NCBI GenBank assembly: GCA_963754875.1
Contig: CAVWHO010000016.1
Coordinates: 584,586 to 648,585, forward strand
Length of the DNA stretch: 64,000 bases
Source of the DNA: Nitrospirota bacterium
Lineage (GTDB): Bacteria; Nitrospirota; UBA9217
Direction: 5' to 3'
Below the pieces are notes generated by a model. The model was given only the letters and a program-made list of their open reading frames with translations, was not told the DNA's origin and did not search any database. The translations under genes and the position numbers were made by a program. Below, one piece after another: positions 41,095-51,149 of this stretch. Positions within the stretch are counted from its first letter, which is position 1; every line of letters starts with the position of its first letter.

Positions 41095-41171
41095 GGGGTG
41101 GTAGTTCAGCTGGTTAGAACGCTAGCCTGTCACGCTAGAGGTCGCGGGTTCGAGCCCCGTCCGCCCCGCCA
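41095..41171 (+). tRNA. tRNA-Asp(GTC)
   Basis: Anticodon arm CTAGC-CTGTCAC-GCTAG, GGTTCGA and CCA end. Confidence 0.95.
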
Positions 41172-41192
41172 TTCATACCTGCCAAATTTCCC

Positions 41193-41444
41193 ATGCCGTT
41201 CTATGTCTATATTTTACAGAGCCAGAAGGATGAGTCCCTCTACATAGGACAAACTTCAAATATAGAAGAACGCCTGTTGCGTCACAATCAGGGAAGATCA
41301 ACGTATACAAAATCTAAAAGACCCTGGAAATTGCTCTATTATGAATCTTTTAATTCCAGGTCCTCTGCCGTAGGGAGAGAGAAGGAATTAAAATCATTCC
41401 ACAGGAAAGATCTTCTCATGGGATTAATAAGGTCAGCTGATTAA
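41193..41444 (+). CDS. Small GIY-YIG nuclease
   Basis: FYVYIL...LYIGQT, RLLRHN, YTKSKRPW, REKELK. Visibly AT-rich. Confidence 0.9.
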   Translation: MPFYVYILQSQKDESLYIGQTSNIEERLLRHNQGRSTYTKSKRPWKLLYYESFNSRSSAVGREKELKSFHRKDLLMGLIRSAD

Positions 41445-41476
41445 AAACGTCCCGACGAGTCGGGAACTCTTTTCGA

Positions 41477-43306
41477 TTACTTCCTGATCTTCCCCATCCT
41501 CTTCGCCAAACGCTCCGTCTCATCCAGCAGCTTTTCCACTTCATTCAGCCCCCTGTCCCAGAACCGCTTGTCGGCTATGTCGATCCCGAGCCGGCCAAAA
41601 ATATTCTTCGGCGATTCGGAGAGCCCAGCAGAAAGGAATTCTTTCACCTTGTTAATGAAGACAGGATCATTCTTTACAGAATTCTGGAGCGATTTGGAAA
41701 TCAGAAGTCCACTCGCGTAGGAATAGACATAGAAGAAATACCGGATATGGTTCCAGTAAACCCACCAGTTCTCCGAGCCCGCTGACTGCTCCACGGCCTT
41801 TCCCATGTATGCTGCCATGTGCTTCTGAAATAGTTCCCCGATCGCTTCCTTCGAGAGATACCCGCTGGCGCGAAACGCCTTATGCAGCTCCTGCTCAAAT
41901 CGGTAGCAGGCAACCTGCCGGAAGATGGACGAAACATCGTCGTTCAATTTCTGCATCATGATCGCAAGCCGCAGTTCATCATCAGCAGAATGGATGATCT
42001 CTTCGAGCACAAAATCCTCCATGAACGTGCTCGCGACCTCAGCAGTGGAAGTCGGGGTGCCGAAATCAAGGGCGTGCTGTTTTTCCCGGATCAACTCGTT
42101 GTTGATCCCGTGGCCGAGCTCGTGTGCTATCGTGAGGACATCGTGCAGCTTGTTCGTATGGTTCAGGAGGATGTACGTTGGCTGGGTCATGAGATGGTGG
42201 ATACAGAAGGCGCCGCTGTCCTTGCCTTTGCGGGGGTAGGCGTCAATCTGACCGTTCTTGATGAACCCGGCAAAGATCTCGCCGAACTTCCGGTCAAGCT
42301 TGTTCATGACAGTATAGACGAGGTTCACTGACTGCTGATAAGGATAGCGCGTCGCAACGACGCCGTACTCCACGTTCCGCTCATGATACTCAAGTCTCTT
42401 AATCTTGAGCATCTTCGCCTTGAGCGCGTAATACCGTGACGGGATGTCGAAACGGCCTGCTACGGAATCGATCAGAGTGTCCACGACCTCGCTCTCGATG
42501 TCGTCGGCAAGATGCCGGAGAGTATCCGGTCTCGGCGAACTGCGGAGCTCGTCGTCGATTTTCTTGTTCTGCAAAACGGAATTGAGCTCAGCCTCGGCGA
42601 TTTCCACGTTCTTCAGCAGTATGTCGTTGAAAGCATGTGCTGAAGAATCGCGGACCCGTTTGCTCTTGCTGTTCATGAGGCCGATGATCTCCGTGAACGG
42701 CAGGTTTTTTTTCGTCCCTTTTTCCGTCAAGACAACCCGCTCTTCCTTGGAGAGGAAACCCGACGTCATTTTCGTCCAGTTAGCATAGGAGGTGGCCGAT
42801 TTGAGGTTCAAAATTTTTTCTTCTGGTTCGCTCAGGTGATAACGCGATTCTGCAAAGATACGCTCCAGAAAGTGGCGGTATTTTGTGAGGGCCTCGTGAT
42901 CGAGAAACTTCTTCTGGGCTTCCGGCTTGACCCTCGCGATGCGCAGATAAAAAAACTGACTCTCGTTCTCCAGCTTCTTGCTGAAGTCTTCTAACTTGTT
43001 GAACTTGGCTTTGAGCTTTGCGTCGATTTGGTCCTGCTGCGTCCTGAGCCAGAAGTAGTAGCCCTCGTCCCCGTCGGTCCCGTAGTGCCGCTTCCACGAT
43101 TCATATTGGTCGAGCGCCTGCCTGAGGATGAGGGGGTCTTCCAGATAATCCGTGCGGTCCTTCCATGCGTTGATGAACTCGTAGCTTTTCTGTTCCACGA
43201 TCTTTCGCTTTTCTTTCATGCGCGGGTCGGTATCACCCCGGAAAAGCGGCTTGAAGTTCCAGACTGTGCGCTCTACCTTTAAACCATTTTGTCGAATAGG
43301 GGCCAT
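41477..43306 (-). CDS. pepF: Oligoendopeptidase F (M3B)
   Basis: GKDSGAFC, HELGH zinc motif, AEVASTF, HIRYFFYVYSYA. Confidence 0.9.
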   Translation of the reverse strand: MAPIRQNGLKVERTVWNFKPLFRGDTDPRMKEKRKIVEQKSYEFINAWKDRTDYLEDPLILRQALDQYESWKRHYGTDGDEGYYFWLRTQQDQIDAKLKAKFNKLEDFSKKLENESQFFYLRIARVKPEAQKKFLDHEALTKYRHFLERIFAESRYHLSEPEEKILNLKSATSYANWTKMTSGFLSKEERVVLTEKGTKKNLPFTEIIGLMNSKSKRVRDSSAHAFNDILLKNVEIAEAELNSVLQNKKIDDELRSSPRPDTLRHLADDIESEVVDTLIDSVAGRFDIPSRYYALKAKMLKIKRLEYHERNVEYGVVATRYPYQQSVNLVYTVMNKLDRKFGEIFAGFIKNGQIDAYPRKGKDSGAFCIHHLMTQPTYILLNHTNKLHDVLTIAHELGHGINNELIREKQHALDFGTPTSTAEVASTFMEDFVLEEIIHSADDELRLAIMMQKLNDDVSSIFRQVACYRFEQELHKAFRASGYLSKEAIGELFQKHMAAYMGKAVEQSAGSENWWVYWNHIRYFFYVYSYASGLLISKSLQNSVKNDPVFINKVKEFLSAGLSESPKNIFGRLGIDIADKRFWDRGLNEVEKLLDETERLAKRMGKIRK

Positions 43307-43563
43307 GCCATCTCCTTATGATCTCTTGAAAAAGTATACCCTCTCTTTCTGTGACTGTCCAGATCGTCCGCACTCCTGCTCATGAAAAGAAGGACCAACC
43401 GCAGTAATCAGAAAAATACTTGACATTTAAACGCTACTATGGGATTATTTTACCCGAAGTACGGAAGTCTTTGTTGTGAGAGTGCCGCAAAGATTGTTCG
43501 CTTTGCGGTTTTTTTATGACCCTTCCGTCATCTTCAATATCCACAGAAGGAGGTTCAACCTGA

Positions 43564-43764
43564 ATGGCAAAAGGAACCGTTAAGTGGTTCAATGATTCCA
43601 AGGGATTTGGATTCATTACCAAAGAAGACGGCGGAGATGTTTTTGTCCACTTCTCTGACATCCAGGACAGCGGCTTCAAGAGCCTGTCCGAAGGTCAGGG
43701 CGTGACGTTCGACGTTGTTGACAGCCCCAAAGGGCCCAAAGCAGCGAATGTCGTAAAACTCTAA
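43564..43764 (+). CDS. Cold-shock protein
   Basis: [30 protein letters not shown]. Confidence 0.97.
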   Translation: MAKGTVKWFNDSKGFGFITKEDGGDVFVHFSDIQDSGFKSLSEGQGVTFDVVDSPKGPKAANVVKL

Positions 43765-43776
43765 GCGTCAAACTTT

Positions 43777-43817
43777 AAAAAGGCCGGCCTCGATATACTC
43801 GAGACCGGCCTTTTTTT
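43777..43817. terminator. Bidirectional terminator
   Basis: AAAAAGGCCGG...CCGGCCTTTTTTT between convergent csp and tpx. Confidence 0.8.
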
Positions 43818-43854
43818 ACCCCCCGCTAAATCTCCCGGCCCATCAATCAGCCCT

Positions 43855-44385
43855 CTACGCTGCCTTTTCCCTGCCGGTGATCATGACGAGCGCAGAGAGC
43901 GCTTTTTCATAATCCGGATGGCTCGACTGCTCAGGAACGATCTCTTTATACCGGACAACATCATCCTTGTCGATGATAAATATAGATCTCGCGAGCAGCC
44001 GCATCTCCTTGATCAGGACTCCATAAGCTGTGCCGAATGCCGCTTCCCGGTGGTCCGATAGAGCTTTCGCCCGGTCTATTTCAGCCGTCGTGCAGAACCG
44101 GGTGATCGCGAACGGCAGGTCCATGCTGATATTCAGCACGACAACATCGTGCGGCAGGTTCGCGGCCTCATGATTGAAGCGCCTGAGCTGCAAATCGCAA
44201 ACCGGCGTGTCAAGCGATGGCGTTACACTCACGATTTTCGTCTTCCCGGCAAAATCGCTGAGCCGCACCTCGTTCAGGGCACCGTCGAGTACGGCAAAGT
44301 CGGGCGCCTTTTCACCCGGTTTCAAATCCGGACCGATGAGCGTCATCGGTTTCCCTTTCATTATTATGATCCCTTTTCGTTCCAT
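43855..44385 (-). CDS. tpx: Thiol peroxidase
   Basis: PSLDTPVC, SMDLPFA, RFC, LLARS, HPDYE. Confidence 0.93.
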   Translation of the reverse strand: MERKGIIIMKGKPMTLIGPDLKPGEKAPDFAVLDGALNEVRLSDFAGKTKIVSVTPSLDTPVCDLQLRRFNHEAANLPHDVVVLNISMDLPFAITRFCTTAEIDRAKALSDHREAAFGTAYGVLIKEMRLLARSIFIIDKDDVVRYKEIVPEQSSHPDYEKALSALVMITGREKAA

Positions 44386-44636
44386 TGATACCTCCTTACC
44401 CCATTCTCATGTTCTCCTTGTCTCCGGTGTAAATCCTGTCCCTTTACTCTATTATATATAGAGGATAGATCAAATCCTGTATATTGTCAAGAATCGGCCT
44501 TGCGTACCCTCCGCCTGCGCCGTTCCTGCCACTGCATGCCAACAGGTCTGGTTGCTGAAAAGGTATCCGCCTCCAGTCCCCTCAGAAGCTCCATTTTTTT
44601 CTTCTCCCCTTTTTTTACTATGATATACTGCAGTGC

Positions 44637-45036
44637 ATGATCCGGCGATGTTGCCACCCTCGACCAGTCGGGACACATCAGGATCATCGACCGCAAGAAG
44701 GACATGATCATCGTCGACGGCTTGAATGTCTACCCTTATGAGATCGAAGAAGTGCTCTACCGGCATGCGGCCATCAAGGACTGCTCCATGATCGGCGTCC
44801 CCCATGAGCACGAAGAAGGCAAGGAACTGGCCATGATGTACGTCGTGTTAAAGGACGGCGCACAAGTCGCGCCGAAAGAACTGCGGGAGTACCTTACCGA
44901 GCACGTTGCCCATTACAAGATTCCGCGCCGTTTTATCGTTACGAATGATCTTCCGAGGACAGCAACGGGAAAGATCATGAAAAAAGAACTCAGAAAATTG
45001 TACCACCAAATGGAAGTCAAACATCCGCCTGCATGA
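44637..45036 (+). pseudogene. C-terminal fragment of an acyl-CoA ligase (AMP-binding)
   Basis: From 44641: SGDVATLDQSGHIRIIDRKKDMIIVDGLNVYPYEIE...YKIPR...LPRTATGKIMK. No N-terminal domain upstream. Confidence 0.75.
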
Positions 45037-45049
45037 CCGGTGACGTCCC

Positions 45050-45862
45050 ATGAAGGCATCTTCCCGACTAATCTACCCACCGCCCCGCTCGGGGCGGGGC
45101 GGTATCACTATTATCTTCGCAGCCGCGTTCATCCTTTCCATCGTTTCATTCTCGGACCGGCCAAGCACATGGGCTGTTGCCTTGTCTTTGTTACTGGTTG
45201 CCACCTCAATCCTGACGCGCGAAGTCCAGGCATTTCACCTGGCGTGGTTTACCGCAGCCTTTGTCACTGCGCCTTATCTGCTTCCGTCGTTGCATGGGTG
45301 GCCTTTCCTTTTGCTCATCCCTCTTCTCTGCTATTGCGCTCTTGCTCTCGCTGTGCCGAAACTGCGTTCCACCATCTGCTACCTGCACATCGGACGCTTC
45401 AGCAGGGACGTTATGTTGTTCGCGATGTGCATTGTCTTTATTTCCGGCACCGCCTTGTTTGCATGGTACCGAACGATCAGGCCCGACCTGACAATCCACC
45501 TTGCGCATTTCCCGGCCATGCCGGTCTGGATGTTCCCTCTCGCAGGTTTGGGATTTTCTCTCGGGAACGCTGCCATGGAAGAATTTGCGTACCGCGGCAT
45601 CATTTTGCAGGCACTCGACAGCGCAGCGGGCCCTGGACTTCTGTCTCTTCTTGTACAGGCCTGTCTTTTCGGTGCATTACACTATCGAGAAGGCTTTCCA
45701 AACGGCACGTGGGGAGTGGTAATGACGGCTGTTTACGGCATCATGCTGGGTGTTTTACGCCGCCGCAGCCAGGGCATGCTGGCCCCGTGGGCGGTCCATG
45801 TTTTTGCGGATTTTGTAATTTTTACGATCCTTGCGGGCATGGTGCTGAAAAGAGCGGGGTAA
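45050..45862 (+). CDS. CPBP/CAAX intramembrane metalloprotease
   Basis: EEFAYRG, FGALH, HVFAD motifs and multiple TM segments. Confidence 0.88.
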   Translation: MKASSRLIYPPPRSGRGGITIIFAAAFILSIVSFSDRPSTWAVALSLLLVATSILTREVQAFHLAWFTAAFVTAPYLLPSLHGWPFLLLIPLLCYCALALAVPKLRSTICYLHIGRFSRDVMLFAMCIVFISGTALFAWYRTIRPDLTIHLAHFPAMPVWMFPLAGLGFSLGNAAMEEFAYRGIILQALDSAAGPGLLSLLVQACLFGALHYREGFPNGTWGVVMTAVYGIMLGVLRRRSQGMLAPWAVHVFADFVIFTILAGMVLKRAG

Positions 45863-46098
45863 CTGGGGGAGAAATGCGTCGGATTTGCCGCATTCGTGCG
45901 ATAGCCGATAACAGCAAACGTCAAAAAGTTTTTTTTCACCCGGGTGTTCACACCCAGCGTACCGAGTACGGCCATCCTTTTCAGTTTTCCCAGCGGTATC
46001 CGGTTCTTTATGAGATAGGAATGCACGCCGGGGCCCTCCGTGTTGCGGATAAATAACGCGCCGACCATAACAATTGAACGTAAGAGTGTGGATGAAGA

Positions 46099-47271
46099 TT
46101 AGAATGGCGGAAACGTTGGTTTTTTGTTTTTTCTGCTTCCTTCGTAGAGTTCATATTCGAGCAGTCTGCACTCGATGCCGCTATTAAAAAATTGAAGGGT
46201 TTTAGCGGGTTTCAGTTTTACCTGCTTTGCGAGCAGGGGATTGCCGGTAAAAACATACCCCCGATAGCCTTTGCATTTTTGTTTGAAATAATTGCCGATA
46301 CCGTTGTAGAGCTCGGCAAGTTGGGTGACCTCGCCCATGCGTTCACCGTACGAGGGATTCAACACAAGGACTCCCCCGCCATCGGGCACGACTGTATCTG
46401 AGAAGTTACACGTCCCGAACTCAATGAGATGTTCCACTCCCGCTGTCGCCGCATTCTTCTTCGCGGCCTCGACGACATCGGGATTCATGTCCGTCGCGAT
46501 AATTTTCCCTGACACACTTTTCCGTGCGTCCTGCTTTGCTTTTTCGCGCAGATCATTCCAGAGCGTTTCCTTGAACCCTTTGATATGCATGAATCCGAAG
46601 TTGTTGCGCAAGAGCCCCGGCGCCCGGTTCAGGCCAATAAGGGCGGCCTCAATGGCGAGCGTTCCGCTGCCGCACATGGGGTTGATAAAGTTCGTGCCGC
46701 CACCCCAGCCCGTCGCGAGCACAACCGCTGCCGCGAGCGTCTCCTGCATCGGTGCGCCGAGAGGTATCTTCCGGTATCCGCGGCGAGAGAGAGGCTCGCC
46801 CGAAGTGTCGAGATACACGGAGACGCGGTCATCTTTCCAGTAGAGATGGACCACCGACGTGGTGCGCTCAGGACCGGAATCTGGTCGTGTTCCCTGTTTT
46901 GTCCTGATCCGGTCAACAATGGCGTCCTTGCACCGGAGCGCCGGGAAGCGCGAATCTCTGATGCTCGAGGTGTCAACGCTCGAGGTCACGCACAGATAAC
47001 CGTCTTCGGGAATAAAATCCTCCCAGGTTAGACCGAAGAGACTCTGATAGAGATCGTCCGGACCCTTGGCTTTGAATTCCTGCAGGAGAAAAAGGACCCT
47101 ATGTCCTGTACGGATATGCAGGTTGAGCCGCAAGGTATCGTCAAGCGTACCTGCTGTTTCCACGCCGGCGATCTGTTCGCTGAGAACGGGGAAGTCGAGG
47201 GAACGCAGTTCTTGCTTCAGGAGGGGAGGAATGCCCTTCGGGCAAGTGATAAGAATTTTTGATGTGATCAT
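46099..47271 (-). CDS. THUMP-domain RNA methyltransferase (RlmL-like)
   Basis: KDAIVD, LDTSGEPLSRRGYR, APMQETLAA, PMCGSGT, NPSYGER. Confidence 0.9.
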   Translation of the reverse strand: MITSKILITCPKGIPPLLKQELRSLDFPVLSEQIAGVETAGTLDDTLRLNLHIRTGHRVLFLLQEFKAKGPDDLYQSLFGLTWEDFIPEDGYLCVTSSVDTSSIRDSRFPALRCKDAIVDRIRTKQGTRPDSGPERTTSVVHLYWKDDRVSVYLDTSGEPLSRRGYRKIPLGAPMQETLAAAVVLATGWGGGTNFINPMCGSGTLAIEAALIGLNRAPGLLRNNFGFMHIKGFKETLWNDLREKAKQDARKSVSGKIIATDMNPDVVEAAKKNAATAGVEHLIEFGTCNFSDTVVPDGGGVLVLNPSYGERMGEVTQLAELYNGIGNYFKQKCKGYRGYVFTGNPLLAKQVKLKPAKTLQFFNSGIECRLLEYELYEGSRKNKKPTFPPF

Positions 47272-47389
47272 GGGAGGTGAAACGGGCAATGAGATGATTT
47301 CGCCGCGAAGACGCCATGGACGCGAAGCGAATCAAACCTCCCCCTCCACTCGAAAAAAGCTGTATGCCTTCTGCTGCAAAGAGGAATTT

Positions 47390-47797
47390 TCAATTCGCCG
47401 ATGCCATCAGCCGTTCTTTGTCTTTGAAAAGCACGTCGCATTTATTAAGGTAGATTTTCCGGACAACGCCTTTTCCGAACGTATTGTGGAGCACGACATC
47501 TCCGATGCGGTACTTCTCGGACATTTCATACATGCGCTCTTTGCCCCGCGCTTCGGCTAAACAGGATTCCCACAATAGTTCTGCCGTCTTGATAGCGTCT
47601 TCCTTCTTTTTCACGGCTTTTCCTGATTTGACGTCTGCAGTAGGCCGGTATTTATGCGCGCTTCCGCAGGTCCTGCATTTTACCTTCTCAATCGTTTCAC
47701 CGTCTGCTGCCATAGCAACGATGACATGGTCACTCACCAGCTTGCATTTTGTGCAATATGCCGAAACATTCTCACCTGCCGAACGCTTTTCAAGCAT
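47390..47797 (-). CDS. Conserved hypothetical protein (zinc ribbon plus SH3-like tail)
   Basis: CTKC...CRTC and YRIGDVVLHNTFGKGVV. RBS GGAGG. Confidence 0.7.
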   Translation of the reverse strand: MLEKRSAGENVSAYCTKCKLVSDHVIVAMAADGETIEKVKCRTCGSAHKYRPTADVKSGKAVKKKEDAIKTAELLWESCLAEARGKERMYEMSEKYRIGDVVLHNTFGKGVVRKIYLNKCDVLFKDKERLMASAN

Positions 47798-48171
47798 GTA
47801 CCATCCCTCCTTCCCTTGTCTCGCAGAGATTTTCTCACCAATGCATTTGTTCTCTATTTTGGATTACGTAGAGACAGGCGGATTTAAGCTTTTGGATTCT
47901 GATCTTTTTTGTTTATAGGTTTATTTAATATACACCTTCCAGCGCAAAAAAGCTCTAATCCATTTTCTCCGGTTCAGACTTCTTTTGTGCTCCCGGCTCT
48001 GTTTTCGTATATTACTTGTACTGCCGAACAGACCTTTTGGGCAAATTTCCGGAAACCTGCGCCATTATTGCCTGCCAAGAGGACGGCAACAGATCAATGC
48101 GGCGTCCGTGCCTTTTTTTGGCTTGAAATCGCATTGTTATTCTGATAGTATGCCTAGGCTGAGGAGACGCC

Positions 48172-48657
48172 TTGCTGAGAGCAGACCGTACAACCAGAGC
48201 TGTTGCAGGTTTTGTCGATCTCCTGCTCATCATCGGTCTGGCCAGGCTGCCGGATGTAGTCGGTTTTTTGTCCGCCGCTGGATACATTCTCTTCCGGGAC
48301 GGTCTCTTCGATCGCAGGAGCATCGGAAAAAAGCTTATCGGCCTTCTGGTGGCCTCGTCGGAGGATACCGGATCTCCGGTGACCTACCGTGAATCGATCA
48401 TCAGAAATGTCCCGTTTGCCGCTGCCTATATTTTGTTCTTGATACCTTACGCGGGCTGGATTCTCGTCACCTTGATGGTTGGCCTGGAATGCCTGGTTGC
48501 CATCGGCGACGAACGCGGCATGCGCATCGGGGACCTGCTGGCGCGGACAATCGTTATGCAGGATGCGTCGAAAGCTGCTGCTGGAGGCCACGAACGGGAG
48601 CAGCGACCCGACGAATCTACTTCCAGCGCGGCAGCACGACAGGAAGAACACCCGTAA
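48172..48657 (+). CDS. RDD-family membrane protein
   Basis: RAVAGFVD, SIGKKLIGL, IIRN, RIGDLLART. Confidence 0.8.
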   Translation: MLRADRTTRAVAGFVDLLLIIGLARLPDVVGFLSAAGYILFRDGLFDRRSIGKKLIGLLVASSEDTGSPVTYRESIIRNVPFAAAYILFLIPYAGWILVTLMVGLECLVAIGDERGMRIGDLLARTIVMQDASKAAAGGHEREQRPDESTSSAAARQEEHP

Positions 48658-48791
48658 CGCATCTTGAGTGCATGCATTCGAACTTTTTCCGACTCAGTGC
48701 AGAGAGAAAAGGCCCGGCCGAAACAAAAAATCCGCAGAGTCATGCCTCACAGGGTATTCTGACCATCAATTGAAAGGAGTTTTTGCATACG

Positions 48792-49817
48792 ATGTTTATC
48801 AATTCCATCATGGGCTGGTTTTCCAACGACATGGCCATCGACCTCGGCACGGCCAACACCCTGGTGTACGTCAAGGGGAAGGGAATTGTCTGCAACGAGC
48901 CTTCGGTCGTCGCGATATCTGCAAAAACCGGCAAAGTCCTTGCCGTTGGTTCCGAGGCTAAACGGATGCTCGGCCGGACACCCGGGGACATCAAAACGAT
49001 CCGGCCCATCAAGGACGGCGTCATTTCCGACTTCGACTATACCGGCGAAATGCTCAAGTACTTTATTCAACGCGTTCACAACCGAAAATCCTTCATGCGG
49101 CCGCGTATCGTTATCGGTGTTCCGTCGGGCATCACGCAGGTGGAACAGCGCGCCGTGAAAGACGCAGCCATTTCCTCTGGCGGCCGCGATGTCTACCTGA
49201 TCGAGGAACCCGTGGCAGCGGCCATCGGGACGGGCCTGCCGATCGCAGAGCCGTCGGGGAACATGATCGTCGATATCGGCGGCGGCACAACCGATATCGC
49301 CGTCATTTCCATGAACGGCGTGGTGTACAGCAAGGCCATCCGCGTAGGCGGGGACAAGATGGACGAGGCGATCATCAACTACATCAAGCGCAAGTACAAT
49401 CTCCTTATTGGCGAAATGATGGCGGAAACGATCAAGCTCGAACTGGGTTCTGCGTACAAAGTGGACACGAACCGGCAGACTATGGAGATCAAGGGCCGCG
49501 ACCTGGTTTCCGGCATTCCGAAGACGCTCATCCTCGATGACGACGAAGTGCGTGAGGCGCTCGCCGAACCCGTTAGCCAGATCCTGAACGGCATCAAGCA
49601 AGCCCTCGAAAACACCCCGCCGGAACTTTCGGCCGACATCGTCGATAAAGGCATCGTCTTGGCGGGCGGCGGCGCCCTGCTTAAAGGTATGGACGTGTAC
49701 CTTCGCGAAGAAACTTCACTTCCGATCATCATCGCCGAAGACCCCCTGACCTGCGTCGCCCTCGGCGCGGGCAAGGTCCTCGATGATGAGCAAATCCTGA
49801 GAAAAGTCATAATGTAG
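48792..49817 (+). CDS. mreB: Rod shape-determining protein MreB
   Basis: [31 protein letters not shown]. Confidence 0.97.
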   Translation: MFINSIMGWFSNDMAIDLGTANTLVYVKGKGIVCNEPSVVAISAKTGKVLAVGSEAKRMLGRTPGDIKTIRPIKDGVISDFDYTGEMLKYFIQRVHNRKSFMRPRIVIGVPSGITQVEQRAVKDAAISSGGRDVYLIEEPVAAAIGTGLPIAEPSGNMIVDIGGGTTDIAVISMNGVVYSKAIRVGGDKMDEAIINYIKRKYNLLIGEMMAETIKLELGSAYKVDTNRQTMEIKGRDLVSGIPKTLILDDDEVREALAEPVSQILNGIKQALENTPPELSADIVDKGIVLAGGGALLKGMDVYLREETSLPIIIAEDPLTCVALGAGKVLDDEQILRKVIM

Positions 49818-49833
49818 GGAAAGCGGCAACGCA

Positions 49834-50640
49834 ATGCCCGGTTTCGTTTCAAAAAACAAAAGAATCATAATCGTCATCTTTCTCTTCGTGGTGCTGTTCT
49901 GGATGCTCACTGTCCAAGTGAAGAACGGGCGGTTCCTTTTCCTAGAAAGACCGGTCCTTGCCACAGCGGGGTTTTTCGAACGCATCATCACCAAGTCTTT
50001 CAATGCCGTGGAATCTGTCGGCGCCTGGTATACGTTCCTCGTACGCACCGATCGGGAAAACCAGCACCTCAAAGAGGAAGTCGAGCGGCTGCGGCTTGAC
50101 AACTCCCTTTTGAACGAACTGCTTCTCGAGAATGGACGGCTGCGGGAATTACTAAATTTCCGAAAGCTGCAGCCGCCGTCTGCAATCACGGTTCAGGTCA
50201 TCGGCAAGGAACTCTCTCCTGCTTCCAGCACCATAACAATCAATAAGGGATCGGATGACGGTATCGGAAAAGACATGGCGGTTATTACATCGACCGGCGT
50301 TGTCGGCAAGATACTGACTGTTCTTCCGGGCACGGCAAAGGTTATCCTGATCACCGACCCCGGCAACACCCTCGCTGTCAGGGTCCAGCGAAACCGGGAA
50401 GAAGGATTGCTCGAAGGTAAGCTGGTCAATTGCGCCCTCAAGTATGTTTCCTATTACGCGGACATTCAGGAAGGCGACCTCTTGGTCACCTCGGGCCTCG
50501 ACGGCATCTACCCGAAAGGGCTTCCTGTGGGAACCGTCGTAAAAGTGACGAAGCGCGAGGCCCGTGCTTTCCAGTCCGTAGTAGCGGAGCCTGTTGTTCG
50601 TTTTTCCCGTCTCGAAGAAGCGCTGGTGCTTAAGAAATGA
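49834..50640 (+). CDS. mreC: Rod shape-determining protein MreC
   Basis: TM segment, coiled coil, INKGS, VTSGLDGIYPKGLPVG. Follows mreB. Confidence 0.93.
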   Translation: MPGFVSKNKRIIIVIFLFVVLFWMLTVQVKNGRFLFLERPVLATAGFFERIITKSFNAVESVGAWYTFLVRTDRENQHLKEEVERLRLDNSLLNELLLENGRLRELLNFRKLQPPSAITVQVIGKELSPASSTITINKGSDDGIGKDMAVITSTGVVGKILTVLPGTAKVILITDPGNTLAVRVQRNREEGLLEGKLVNCALKYVSYYADIQEGDLLVTSGLDGIYPKGLPVGTVVKVTKREARAFQSVVAEPVVRFSRLEEALVLKK

Positions 50641-51149
50641 AACCCTGGGTCTATCTCGTTATTCTGCTGCTGATGGTCCCTTTTCAGGCCAGCCTTCTCA
50701 ACCCCTTGTCCATCGGCGGTATCAAGCCCAACCTCGCGCTGGCACTCCTCTTTATCATTGGTTTGATCGCCGGCCCGGTTGAGGGCGCTTTTGCAGGCAT
50801 GGGTATGGGCCTGATCCAGGATATCGGATCAGCAAGCCTGATCGGCTTCACCGGCCTGTCAAGAGGCATCGTGGGACTTTTGGCGGGCTTGCTCGGCAGG
50901 AGAGTGTTGGACATTGATAATCCGGCAATCATTCTTTTTTTGATCGCTTTCAGCACAGCAGAGGGAATTTTTATAACGCTCTTTTTGCAGACAACATACG
51001 GGGCGGTCCCTTTCTTCAGCCTCGTGGCGGGCCGGATAGTCCCCGAGGCCCTTTATACCGGCCTCTTCGGCCTTCTCATGTTGCACTTGACGAAAAAGAA
51101 AAAGGTTCTCGCCGCGATCAAAAGGCAGGATATTCAGAAGGAGCTGTAG
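50637..51149 (+). CDS. mreD: Rod shape-determining protein MreD
   Basis: Hydrophobic, KPNL and GLIQD motifs, operon position. Confidence 0.85.
   Translation: MKPWVYLVILLLMVPFQASLLNPLSIGGIKPNLALALLFIIGLIAGPVEGAFAGMGMGLIQDIGSASLIGFTGLSRGIVGLLAGLLGRRVLDIDNPAIILFLIAFSTAEGIFITLFLQTTYGAVPFFSLVAGRIVPEALYTGLFGLLMLHLTKKKKVLAAIKRQDIQKEL

Noticed and set aside
40877..41466. CRISPR array or integrase att site
   Set aside because: There is no regular repeat-spacer series, no cas gene and no integrase. The duplicated part is the tRNA 5' portion with an altered arm.
45863..46098. Small gene or ncRNA between the CPBP and THUMP genes
   Set aside because: No RBS-supported ORF with motifs and no recognisable RNA structure.
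48039..48090. c-di-GMP-I riboswitch (GGCAAA...GAAA)
   Set aside because: The stem around GAAA does not pair and the downstream GCAAA element is missing.
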